In this document: positions 36,334 through 46,083 of the stretch, one piece after another | How positions within the stretch are numbered: position 1 is the stretch's first letter | Layout of the letters: the number at the start of each line of letters is the position of its first letter | Assembly (NCBI GenBank): GCA_963801355.1 | Contig: CAWDEM010000008.1 | Span: forward strand, 1,088,001 to 1,152,000 | DNA from: Ignavibacteriota bacterium | GTDB lineage: Bacteria > Bacteroidota > Ignavibacteria > UBA10030 > UBA6906 | Direction: 5' to 3' | DNA: 64,000 bases | Program-made: the position numbers and the translations under genes | The notes under the pieces: model-generated | Told to the model about the DNA's origin: nothing | What the model saw: only the letters and a program-made list of their open reading frames with translations | Database searches by the model: none

Positions 36334-37701
36334 TCATACTCGAGAGGTCACGCCGGCGGGAGTCCGCTCACCTGACATGTGTCGCCGTTCGGACATCCCC
36401 TTCACGTACTTCCGCGCTTCGATGTTCATGGTCCATATTGCTGCAGCCACACGCATATCCGGGATCAGGCTTCTACGAACGATCCGTGGCAGCGCCGAGA
36501 GCCTCTTCGCGAGACTGAAGTAGCCATCTTCAAGTTCCTGTGTTGTGAGGCCCTTGGGACAGAAGTAGGCAGAACTGCACGGCACGCTGTAGCGGGGATC
36601 CAGGCGGGCGAACTCATCAAAAGCCCCCGCAACAAGCCGTCCCTCCGACTTGAGACTATCATAGAGTGCCGTTCCGGGAATCGGGATGAGTATGTGGACA
36701 AATGGAACGGCGATAGGAGCGTTATCAACAAACTCTTCGATCTCACGAAAAGTATCGAGACTATCCCCATCCAGTCCGACGATGAAGTATGCGGCGCACA
36801 GGATCCCGGCGTTTCGAACACTCTTGAGCTGACGACCGTATTCACTCGTCAGCACCGGCTTGTTAAGTTGGCTCATGTTATCCTGTCGCAGCGACTCCAG
36901 ACCGAAGAAAATAAGCCTGCAACCGGCGCGCCGCATGGCTTCGAGAACCTCGGGGTCATCTCCGATATCCACGGTGCACTGAGCCCCCCACGCGCACCGG
37001 ATGCCTCGCGCAGCGATACTTCTGACAAGCCTGAGCAGATATTCCCGATTGTTGTAGAGGTTTGCGTCCTGAAACGCGACCGGTCTATTGAAAGAGGCGG
37101 CCGATTCGAGATCCGTAAGGACCCTGTCAATTGGACGGAGGTGATACCGACCATGGTAGAAAGGAGGATGGCAGCAGTACGAGCATCTGTTTCTGCACCC
37201 AATAGAGGCAACTACCTGGAGGTATCCCAAGGGTTTGTCACGAAGAATCTCATAGTCCAGCGGATAATCCATGTTCAACCTGGCCGGGACGTACGTACGC
37301 TGCAGAATCCCCGCGGCCGCGTCGTCAAGCATGCGTCCCATCATCGGCGGATCAGGAAAGCCGATGAACGTGGCGTCGCAGCATTCGCCCAACAGCTGAT
37401 CGCTCAGGGAGTCCATGTTGGCACCGGCGATCACAGTTTTCCCGCGCGCTTTGAACCGGCCGACTATATCCAGTGCATGGGCAATATCGTAACCCGCACA
37501 TGTTACGATAACTACAGAAGCATCGGTGTCATAATCGATGGCCTCACAGTATTCCAGGCAGAAGCGTTTCTCTCTGCCCGCAGGTATCGTCGCGCTGAGA
37601 ATTGGCAGATTCAGGGAGTGGTTGAAGATGGGGACCCGTGTGATCGGCTGTCCGTCCATCGTTCGGTAGGTAGGCTGAATTATATACACGGATTGTCGCA
37701 T
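36334..37701 (-). CDS. B12-binding-domain radical SAM protein
   Basis: GCRNRCSYC; AGC..IFFGLES; FIVGLDGD; PIPGT.LY. Confidence 0.85.
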   Translation of the reverse strand: MRQSVYIIQPTYRTMDGQPITRVPIFNHSLNLPILSATIPAGREKRFCLEYCEAIDYDTDASVVIVTCAGYDIAHALDIVGRFKARGKTVIAGANMDSLSDQLLGECCDATFIGFPDPPMMGRMLDDAAAGILQRTYVPARLNMDYPLDYEILRDKPLGYLQVVASIGCRNRCSYCCHPPFYHGRYHLRPIDRVLTDLESAASFNRPVAFQDANLYNNREYLLRLVRSIAARGIRCAWGAQCTVDIGDDPEVLEAMRRAGCRLIFFGLESLRQDNMSQLNKPVLTSEYGRQLKSVRNAGILCAAYFIVGLDGDSLDTFREIEEFVDNAPIAVPFVHILIPIPGTALYDSLKSEGRLVAGAFDEFARLDPRYSVPCSSAYFCPKGLTTQELEDGYFSLAKRLSALPRIVRRSLIPDMRVAAAIWTMNIEARKYVKGMSERRHMSGERTPAGVTSRV

Positions 37702-37768
37702 TGCCGGAATCGTATTTTGGGGTCTAGATCACCCTGGTCTCTCGTCAGTACGAGAGGAGACGGAAGCT

Positions 37769-39085
37769 TCACTTTTCCAGAAACATCTCCTGCCATTCGG
37801 TTTCAATCGTCCGGTGCGGGACCGGCATCGCACCTTCGGTATCCATCTTCTTCCTCAACGTCGACTGAAGTTGAAGCGAGGGACACTCTTTGTGCAGCGG
37901 ATGCGGAATCGCCACTCGCATTCTGCGGTAGATCGACTGAAAGTCCTCTTCCATGATGTTGCCAAACGTCACCGGCAGGAAAACACACGGGTTGACATTC
38001 CCCCGGCTGTCAATACTGAGATGCGATAGCCCTCCCATCATGCATCCCAGCTGCGCCGGGCTTTCTGCGAACGCAACGTAGTGAACGACCGGGTAGTCCC
38101 GATACCGCCTGTGTGTGTTCATTTGGCGGAAGAAATGCAGGAGCTGTTTGCGGTCGTCTTCCGTGAGGAGCACGCCTGGCAGAGCATTGAGATAACCGCC
38201 GCACGGACGGGGCTCGAGGAGTTGAATGAATCCCACACCCAGATTTTTCGCAAGCTCTGCGTAACGGCTGAGATCCCCCGAGCGCACCATCCGCTGTGTC
38301 GCGCACACATTGACATACGTGAAGATACCTGCCTGGCGGAATATGCGGAGCGCTCGCACCGCTTCTTCATGCGAACCCGGATACCCGCGAAGCTCGTCGT
38401 GTCGAGCCGGATCCACATCGTCAAGTCCCACCGCAGCGGCAATGAGTCCCGCCCTTTTCAACTCGAGAGCCCGCTCCAATGTCACACCGTGTCCGGAAGT
38501 GTGCACATGGATATCGGACAAATTCTTATCGGCATACCGCACCAGTTCCAGCAGGTCGTCGAAGCGGTTCATGGGCTCGCCACCTGTGAGTACCAGCGAG
38601 CCCACACCCTGCTTCTGTAGTTGCGCCACGACCTCTTTCAGGCGCGTGAGCGGCAGTTCATCTCCACGGCCGACATTGTGGCGCTCATAACAGTGCTGAC
38701 AGTGCAGATCGCAACGCTGCGTAATGGCCAGAAACACGGAGTCGATGTGTTGCTTCAGCGGCGTTCCTGCAGCACCGACGTTGAGCCCGCCATTTGCCAC
38801 CATGCGATCGAACGCTGCCGATGGGTGGTGCGGGGAAGTAAGGGATGAGAAATACACATCGCCGAATTGCACCAGCTTGCGGAGACCGATGTCGTGAACG
38901 ATCTTTGTTGTATACAACGCACCTGATGTGAGTGGAAAGATTCTGAACAACGGAAAGTCCCGGCGATGGAGGAGATACCGGCCCCACCCGAGCGCGAACT
39001 TCAGATTGAGGTACAAGAACTTCCAGCCGGTGTTGAACGTAAGCCTGGGACCGTGATTGTCAGTCTGGTATTCCATGATCTGCAC
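37769..39085 (-). CDS. Radical SAM protein with SPASM/twitch-like C-terminus
   Basis: CDLHCQHC; LTGGEP; C..GG....IDSRGNVNPCVF...FGNI. Confidence 0.85.
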   Translation of the reverse strand: MQIMEYQTDNHGPRLTFNTGWKFLYLNLKFALGWGRYLLHRRDFPLFRIFPLTSGALYTTKIVHDIGLRKLVQFGDVYFSSLTSPHHPSAAFDRMVANGGLNVGAAGTPLKQHIDSVFLAITQRCDLHCQHCYERHNVGRGDELPLTRLKEVVAQLQKQGVGSLVLTGGEPMNRFDDLLELVRYADKNLSDIHVHTSGHGVTLERALELKRAGLIAAAVGLDDVDPARHDELRGYPGSHEEAVRALRIFRQAGIFTYVNVCATQRMVRSGDLSRYAELAKNLGVGFIQLLEPRPCGGYLNALPGVLLTEDDRKQLLHFFRQMNTHRRYRDYPVVHYVAFAESPAQLGCMMGGLSHLSIDSRGNVNPCVFLPVTFGNIMEEDFQSIYRRMRVAIPHPLHKECPSLQLQSTLRKKMDTEGAMPVPHRTIETEWQEMFLEK

Positions 39086-39110
39086 CTGTGGATGAACGCG
39101 CGTCCTCCCT

Positions 39111-41034
39111 TTACTCAGATTGCGACCGGTTCAATGCCGCCTGCTGTCCGGCTTCCCAGCTTCGATATTCTTCCATTGTCGCCTTCACTATCCGTCCGGG
39201 GTTCATTCCGATGTCATACAGGCGCGCCAGCTGGTCGGGCAGATCCTGAGGCAGATGAAGTTCGTAGTAGCCCCTTGTCTCCAGGTACACCGATCGGACT
39301 GTCGCCGGCGGTTGCGGAGGCGCCTCGAAGCTGATGTTCGCCCAGTCGCCGACCTCCGGCATGGAGTAGTATTTCTCATCGATGCTCGTGAGAGCACCCA
39401 GGATTGAATTCTCTTGTTGATCTTCTGCACGGCGGGCATCGACAGTGGAAGCGTGCATCACCGCCGGCTCTTCATAACTCACGCCGAGGTAGTCGAACGT
39501 CCAGAATCCCTTGGGCGGATCGAAGCGAAGCACGAGCGAATCGCCGACGACATTGCTCACGTCTATCGGGTATACTCTGTCTTCGCTGATGAATGGCCCC
39601 TGTCCCACAATGACACCTTCCTGTTTCCACGACTCCCCTTCCTTCACCCATGTCTTCAAATGGTACATTTCTTCTCTCTCGAGGAACTGTTGCATCTCGA
39701 TAAAGGACTGACTTCCCGGTGTGACCGACTTCAACCAGGCCCCGGCGGTTTGCCCTCTATACTCGACGGTCTTCCGGATCATGTTCGATCCCCACGATGA
39801 GGTGCCGATGTTCGTGATGAGCCACGCCCTTTTTGCATCCACAGGTTTCGGGAGTGTAACCGTGAGTTCATGCCGTCGCAGGTGCGTCGACCTCCCTGCT
39901 TGCGGATGAGAGATGTGTTTGCCACACAACATTGTCGCTTGCCCGCAGAAAATTGGTCAGGCTCATCCCTTTTTCGTCGAATGCGGATGAAACCCCCCGG
40001 ACCTGTTTGAAGGCGTAGAAGTTCCCCTGGAGGTCAGGATACACAAGTGCGTCTGCGGGGTGGTCTACGACAAGTAGTTTCATCCGGTCGATGAATTGAG
40101 TTTCAGGTACCTCGTTCCTCACAAGCAGTCTGTACTCACCATCCACCGGTTTCACGAAGTCTAGCCGTGACAGGTCTGTTCTCGCCAGGCCGGCGCAGAT
40201 TGCGCCGCCAAGAGGCTCTGCGTCAAAGACAAAGCGTTGACCATCAAAGGAGTAAATGAACGGACAGGACTGTTTGGTCGCTATAGCGATGAGCGCGATG
40301 ACGCCGACCACTCCCACGAGGACCAGCAACGTTGCTATGATTGATCCCACAGCATCGGTCGTCTCGATACTGGCATAGAGTACACTGTCAGCGGGCATTT
40401 CGACGTGATTCATCAAAACGTCCCTGCCCATGAACACTGAGGGCCGACGTTCAAAAAAGCCTCCCGAAGAGTCAAACGCGGTCAAATACCCCAATGAGCC
40501 GACAACTTCATATACAGGCCGTTCCGGAGTCTGCGAGAGCTCGCCAACGCCAATGGCGGTAGGGCTCTCAGTGCGGATGGAGTTCACTATATCAATCCGG
40601 TATGACGTCTGGCTTCCGGTACGCGACTTCCCGGTGATCTTCTGTCCCCCCTTGTCATAGCGGCCACCTGGTTTCTGGAAGGTGACCAGGAGGTTGCTGC
40701 GCAAGACCATTTCTGCAATGTATGTGCTGTCCAGGTCCGCGAGGGCAATGATCTTGGGAGGACTCATCCTGCATTGGAGGGAGTCCCCCGACGAGACAAA
40801 GACCGACTTGCCGTCGGTGGACTTCCCCCGGACGCCATCACGGTACGGATAGAATGTCCCGCCGTTTTTATTGAACGTAACCGTGGAGCCATCCAGAAGG
40901 ACAATCTCGACAACTTTCTGTTTGATTCGTTGCGCTTCCTGTCCCGGGACTTTTTGCAGCTCCGTAACTCCGCATCCCATCATGAAGTTCACAAACGCCA
41001 GGAGAATAAACCCGGTAACGATTTGACGGACCAT
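39111..41034 (-). CDS. Lipoprotein or membrane protein with 'SCPFIY..DG' domain, split by a single-base frameshift near 39870-39895
   Basis: ORF 39868-41034 continues in another frame as ...RHELTVTLPKP (ORF 39111-39932); motif resembles the C-terminal domain of ASPIC/UnbV-associated proteins. Confidence 0.6.
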
Positions 41035-41082
41035 ATGCGTATCCTTTCGGGTGTCAGACGAAGTTGTGCACCGGATCAGACA

Positions 41083-42228
41083 TCAGAAATGATAACCAAC
41101 GACAAACCCCACGCTCGTCGAGGTGAAGGTCCCCCTTTCGAAAGTGACGTTTTGCACAGAGGGCACGTCTTCCGGAATATACACCAGATCAGCGTTGAAA
41201 CCGACCGAAAGATTACCGGTAAAGAACAATTTGAGTTCAGCATACATCATGGCACTGAATGTCTTCTTCTTCAACCCGACCGGAGTCATGGGCGGTGAGG
41301 ATGAAGGGTAGTAGTCGTAGACGACTCCCGGGGATGCGCTGAGATCGACGGAAGCCATCCCCACCCCCACCCCTATATCCCACTGCAGGCTTCGGCCACC
41401 CAGCAACCATAGCGGTTTGAACACGCCGACCGCGTAGTAACCTCTCCCGTTCAGGTGCATTTCGGAGACGTACGGGGAGTAATACCAGAGTGACGGTTGT
41501 CCCAACCACATCAAGGCGATCCCCGCATCGGCGTAGTCGGTAATAGTATAAGTAAGCTGCAGCTTGCGCATCATGTTCAACGATGACAAGTCCCGCGCAT
41601 AATAGCCACTGTTGGCACCGCCATGAGGCACGGGACCGCTCACCCATGATCCTTGAAAGGAAAAATGAACAGAAGTCTCCCTGCCGGCTTTCTGTCCACT
41701 TTCGCAGAGCTCTTCCCAACGGACTCCCCGTTCTTCGTCGGTTCCCGAAAAATCGAATACCACTTCATTGCTCTGGCTGGTCCCGATGCCATACCCGATC
41801 AGATATCCACCCAGGCAGAAGAGTGCATTGTAAAGGAATGCCTCTCCGGTCCCGCCATTCCCCCCCACGAACAAGAAGGGCTCCCTTTCGTCACTGAGAA
41901 CCAACGCACTCCCCAGGTATGCTGCTGTGATCATTCCGACAACTGCCGGTCCTCCTTTAGAGGGCTTTACTTCGATGGCGACACGGAGCAGATCCCGACG
42001 CGAAATCCGCTCGGAATTTCTTCCAATCTGGATGACCATGGAATCCTGATGGGTACCCACAAACCAGCCAAGCTTCACTGTACCGTCTTTCAGGAGCACC
42101 CGCGTCAACTGGTAGAAGTATCCGGCAGGTTTCAAATTCTGGGATGACTGCGATGGTTGTGATGGCTGGGCCCGGGTGAAAGCAATCGTGCAAAACCCGA
42201 GGAAGATGAACAGGAGGATTCTTTTCAT
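41083..42228 (-). CDS. Hypothetical protein with C-terminal outer-membrane beta-barrel
   Basis: Signal peptide; Gly-rich helices; ends VGFVVGYHF (terminal Phe beta-signal). Confidence 0.65.
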   Translation of the reverse strand: MKRILLFIFLGFCTIAFTRAQPSQPSQSSQNLKPAGYFYQLTRVLLKDGTVKLGWFVGTHQDSMVIQIGRNSERISRRDLLRVAIEVKPSKGGPAVVGMITAAYLGSALVLSDEREPFLFVGGNGGTGEAFLYNALFCLGGYLIGYGIGTSQSNEVVFDFSGTDEERGVRWEELCESGQKAGRETSVHFSFQGSWVSGPVPHGGANSGYYARDLSSLNMMRKLQLTYTITDYADAGIALMWLGQPSLWYYSPYVSEMHLNGRGYYAVGVFKPLWLLGGRSLQWDIGVGVGMASVDLSASPGVVYDYYPSSSPPMTPVGLKKKTFSAMMYAELKLFFTGNLSVGFNADLVYIPEDVPSVQNVTFERGTFTSTSVGFVVGYHF

Positions 42229-42326
42229 ATGACCCATCCTTTCACGGCACCTTGAAGCTTGATTTCAAAGTGGTTAGGCCTGATCGCATCGTTGTGCGGG
42301 CCGTCAAGTCTCTACTTCTTCTCCGG

Positions 42327-42899
42327 TCAGTCATCCTTTTCCACTGCAGGCACTTCCGGCTGCCCTGGCTTGTCTAGCAAGACGTAGCTGGGGGTGAAGG
42401 TTGCCGCGTCGAGGATAGACTTCCCGAAGTACACTCCGGCAACCGCACCGATCGCACCACCTAAAGTCAAAGATAGTATGCCTTGCCCCAAGTTTTCAAA
42501 ACCCTTTTCCTTCGGCGCAAGAGCGATACCAGCTTCCACTCCTCCCAAGCCCCCTAAGATCCCTCCCACCACAGCGCCGAGAACGACCCACCCGACATTA
42601 GAGCCGCTGCTTATCCGCAGGACGCTGTCCATCGGTATCACTAGTCCAGTACCACTGGAATTATCCCCCAGGGTGATCTGCTCTGCGTTTAGAGCAAGAA
42701 TCTCTCCCTCGTATCTCTGTTCATTGCAGAGGTCGACCTGAACATCCTTCCCCTTCAGATCGTGAGCTGCTTCAACCGCCCACTCCGGATCCGCAGGGCG
42801 TTCCACCACGCGAGTTCCGTGGTGTCTCGTGGTGAGTCCAGAAGCGCACCCGCAAAGTATCACCAAGGAAGCAACCAGCAGTTCCTGAAGAGTCTTCAA
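42327..42899 (-). CDS. Glycine-zipper lipoprotein
   Basis: Lipobox LCGC; GAVVGGILGGLGG and GGAIGAVAG. Confidence 0.65.
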   Translation of the reverse strand: MKTLQELLVASLVILCGCASGLTTRHHGTRVVERPADPEWAVEAAHDLKGKDVQVDLCNEQRYEGEILALNAEQITLGDNSSGTGLVIPMDSVLRISSGSNVGWVVLGAVVGGILGGLGGVEAGIALAPKEKGFENLGQGILSLTLGGAIGAVAGVYFGKSILDAATFTPSYVLLDKPGQPEVPAVEKDD

Positions 42900-43021
42900 G
42901 GTTGACCTCCACCGAGAAAGCGCCAGACTACGTGTACGAATGCCGGCAGAAATATGAGGAAAGCGAAGGGGGCATGTGTCACAGAATTGTCATCATTTTC
43001 ACACAAGGGGAGCCCAGCGGG

Positions 43022-43231
43022 TCACGATCCCCGGACCGGCTGGTCTGGATTTCTTGCAGATTTCTCCTTCGACTGTGGGGATTCTGCCCGGGGCCGACGA
43101 TGTTGTGAGACAATGATCCCGATCCCGACTGCAATGAGCAGCAGCCCCGGGCCGGGCAGGATCAGCAGTGGCACTCCTACCACTATCAAGGCGATCCCAA
43201 CGCACGTCAAGATAATCCGCTTTGCACTCAT
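43022..43231 (-). CDS. Small membrane protein, PGPGW-like
   Basis: G..L.VVG..LL.LPGPGLLLI..G. Confidence 0.6.
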   Translation of the reverse strand: MSAKRIILTCVGIALIVVGVPLLILPGPGLLLIAVGIGIIVSQHRRPRAESPQSKEKSARNPDQPVRGS

Positions 43232-43374
43232 GGATGGTGCCGCCTCAACCAGTGATGGTCGTCGTTGTGTAATCGTTGTGTAGCAACGGGCATTTGGCAA
43301 AAATGATGTGGCGATAGTCGCGTCAATTGACAATAGTCCCTGCAGCACCTATCTTACGGCCCAGGAGGGCCCAT

Positions 43375-44784
43375 CTATTTCTTCATCAGAGTCTCAATCT
43401 CACCACGGGTCCTCGGCAAGGACGCATTGAGGAATTCACATCCGGTGCTCGTGATTCGGATGTCATCTTCGAGGCGGGCGCACACGCCGCGGTACGGCGG
43501 AGCCACGGTAAGATCTCCCGCGCTGAGATAGAGGTGGGGTTCGATGGCCAGAACCATGTTTTCACGTAGGATCTTGCTGCCGTTCGCGTCTTTCGGCCAG
43601 GGATCGTGAACATCTAAACCGATCGAATGCCCGAGTGCAGCCGGAATGTAGAGTCGATACTGTCCGGAGGAGATGATCGTCGACTTCACTCCACTGATGA
43701 CGCCCTGTTGCAGCAGCCCTTCAATTAGGATGTCGGTATTCATCGACGAGAGTGCTGCAAAGCTCACGCCCGGCGCGGCGGCGGCAATGACGGCATCGAA
43801 GGCTTTGTTGACAATATCGTAGATCACCGCTTGTTCAGGAGAGAATTTGCCGCTCACCGGCACTGTTCTGGTCAGATCGCCAGCGTAGTAGCCGTACTCC
43901 GCGCCAAAGTCAATCATGACCAGGTCACCGCTCGCCATCTGCCGGTGATTCGCTGTGTAATGAATGGTCGTGATGTTCGGCCCAGAAGCGATGATGGTCT
44001 CAAACGCAGTCCTGGGACACCCATTCATGTGAAGGACAAGCTCAAAAACGGCATCCACTTCGTACTCGTACATTGACGGTTCAATGGCGCGAATCCCCTC
44101 CGTAAACGCCTGGACAGACACGTCGACTGCCCGCCGGATATGTCCCAGCTCGAGGGGCTGTTTGATGAGTCGCATAGCATCAAGAAGCGTGTCGACATTG
44201 TACACAGCGAAACTGGAGCCACCTGCTTCTCTGAAAACCTGTTCTGTCCCTTGATTGTCGTCCAGGTTGGCATAGATGTAATTTGCTGTTCCTGAACCTA
44301 AATAGGCACGAAGCATTTTCGGAAACTCAACTGAAGGATAAGCTGAATCGGCTCCAAAGTATTGAACAGCCCCGGCCGGCCCGTACACAGACCCGAGCCA
44401 TTGTGCTGAACTCGCAGACCGCTCCTCAACAAACATGATCAACTCGCTGGATGACGGCGCCGCCGTCTTTCTGCGAATTACAGCGAGTGCGTTTGGTTCG
44501 TCGAAGCCCGTGAGATAGTAGAACGCGGAGGCCGGGCGGAATTCGTAGTTCACATCACCGTTTCGGAGATAGACGGCATTAGTTGTGAGTAGGACAATAC
44601 TGCCGGCGGGTAACTGCTGCGCGAGATCATCCCGGCGCTGCTTGAATGCAGCGGCATTGTAGACAACTTCGTAAGGATAGAGCTTTGTGGGGAACCTCGA
44701 AGTGGCGGGTTCAGAACTATACTCGTTGCAGCTCACCAGGAGTATCTGAAGGAGGACACAGCAGAAAAGCCGCAAGAAGCGCAT
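43375..44784 (-). CDS. Xaa-Pro aminopeptidase (M24B), lipoprotein
   Basis: YLTGFDEP; IHY; IDFGAEYGYYAGDLTRT; GHSIGLDVHD; IEP; RLEDD; lipobox LVSC. Confidence 0.9.
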   Translation of the reverse strand: MRFLRLFCCVLLQILLVSCNEYSSEPATSRFPTKLYPYEVVYNAAAFKQRRDDLAQQLPAGSIVLLTTNAVYLRNGDVNYEFRPASAFYYLTGFDEPNALAVIRRKTAAPSSSELIMFVEERSASSAQWLGSVYGPAGAVQYFGADSAYPSVEFPKMLRAYLGSGTANYIYANLDDNQGTEQVFREAGGSSFAVYNVDTLLDAMRLIKQPLELGHIRRAVDVSVQAFTEGIRAIEPSMYEYEVDAVFELVLHMNGCPRTAFETIIASGPNITTIHYTANHRQMASGDLVMIDFGAEYGYYAGDLTRTVPVSGKFSPEQAVIYDIVNKAFDAVIAAAAPGVSFAALSSMNTDILIEGLLQQGVISGVKSTIISSGQYRLYIPAALGHSIGLDVHDPWPKDANGSKILRENMVLAIEPHLYLSAGDLTVAPPYRGVCARLEDDIRITSTGCEFLNASLPRTRGEIETLMKK

Positions 44785-45034
44785 ACCGTCCCTCATGAAG
44801 TCAAGCCGGCAGCCACGAGAACTGACTTCAGGCAAGATACAACCCGGCTCACAGAGATACAACACTCATCGAAACACTCACTTAGCACTCATTTTGGCGG
44901 GCCTGGGGGCAAAATCACACTGACTTGAGAGAAACACGGCACATATCATCTCGTAGTACAGGATGAGGCGCTTGGATTGTGGTGGTCGCCGGAAGTCCGA
45001 AAATCTCACAACGTGGAACAAGGAGGATTTGCCC

Positions 45035-45232
45035 ATGAATTGGGAATATAAGACCGTGAAGACACCAGCCAGAGGGGGTATAATGGGCGGGAAGTTCAAT
45101 GAAAAGATCCTCGAGGCAAAGCTCAACGAGCTTGGTGATCAACGATGGGATCTGGTTGCTGCATTCGCGACACACATGGGATATGGCAAGTCCCGGGACA
45201 TCGTTGCGATTTTCAAACGCGAGAAGAGATGA
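45035..45232 (+). CDS. DUF4177 family small protein
   Basis: AAGGAGG SD; WEYKTV...LNELGDQRWDLV...FKR. Confidence 0.8.
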   Translation: MNWEYKTVKTPARGGIMGGKFNEKILEAKLNELGDQRWDLVAAFATHMGYGKSRDIVAIFKREKR

Positions 45233-45240
45233 GGTATACT

Positions 45241-45876
45241 ATGAAAAAGCTCATGCTCGTTGTTTTGCTCTTCGCCACGGCGGCTCTGCTCTCCCCTGCC
45301 GCCCGATCCCAGGAACCCGTCTTGAAAGGGCGCTCAGGACTTGAACTGAATTTCGGACTCTGGACGGGCCCCAATACGTCCATTGCTGTCGGCGTGCAGG
45401 GTGTTGGAGTTGACGTAAAGAGCGGGGCATTCGCAGGCGGGATTCTTTTCGCTCATTGGGTGCAGGAATACCTGTCGGTCACTATGAGTGCCGGCCTCCT
45501 CGCCGGAAGGGCAAGCTCAACAGTCAGCATCCTGAATGTCTCGCAAAAGGTGAGCTCGGTCATTCCTGTCCTTCTGGGTGTGCGGTACTACGCCCTGGGG
45601 TCAGCAGCCGGAGAGCGGGTCCGTCCCTATCTGTCGGCTGGCGTTGGACTGTACGCCGGGTCCGAGGTCAAGAACTCCATCCTGTCGCACGAGGCCCGGA
45701 CCGAGACCGCGTTTGGGGGGCGTGCCGGCGCGGGCTTGGATTTCTTCCTTGGGGATCATTTCAAGCTGGGCGCCAGCGCGGGATATCACCTGATGTCCGA
45801 CTTCGATACCTCGATCGGCGGTAGGAAGAACTACAATGGGGGTGACTTCACCATTGGAGTGGGGTACGTGTTCTAG
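45241..45876 (+). CDS. Outer-membrane beta-barrel protein (OmpW/OmpA-like)
   Basis: Signal peptide; RPYLSAGVG; ends GVGYVF. Confidence 0.8.
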   Translation: MKKLMLVVLLFATAALLSPAARSQEPVLKGRSGLELNFGLWTGPNTSIAVGVQGVGVDVKSGAFAGGILFAHWVQEYLSVTMSAGLLAGRASSTVSILNVSQKVSSVIPVLLGVRYYALGSAAGERVRPYLSAGVGLYAGSEVKNSILSHEARTETAFGGRAGAGLDFFLGDHFKLGASAGYHLMSDFDTSIGGRKNYNGGDFTIGVGYVF

Positions 45877-46083
45877 ATCTTCTGTTCAAAAAGTGAGTCG
45901 GAGGTCAACGAGCTCGCGGTCACGAATGTAATTGCGAACCTGAAATCGACCGAGAGCTTACCAGGCGTTTTCTGCTTGACGGGCATTGCTCACTGCAATG
46001 AATCCGATTGCCGAGTTTGTGCGAAATCCCTCGACTCCGAGCCGTTTGAGGGGTCGATGCTTGATCCACGACTCTGCGTGTCT

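Noticed and set aside
37701-37770. Cobalamin riboswitch upstream of the B12 radical SAM gene or hgcA
   Set aside because: No B12-box or other conserved riboswitch elements were recognised, and this gap is too short.
36379-37956. Long + strand ORF of 525 aa (similarly 27136-28002, 58349-59650 and 60639-61835)
   Set aside because: These are antisense shadows of well-supported genes and have no recognisable motifs.
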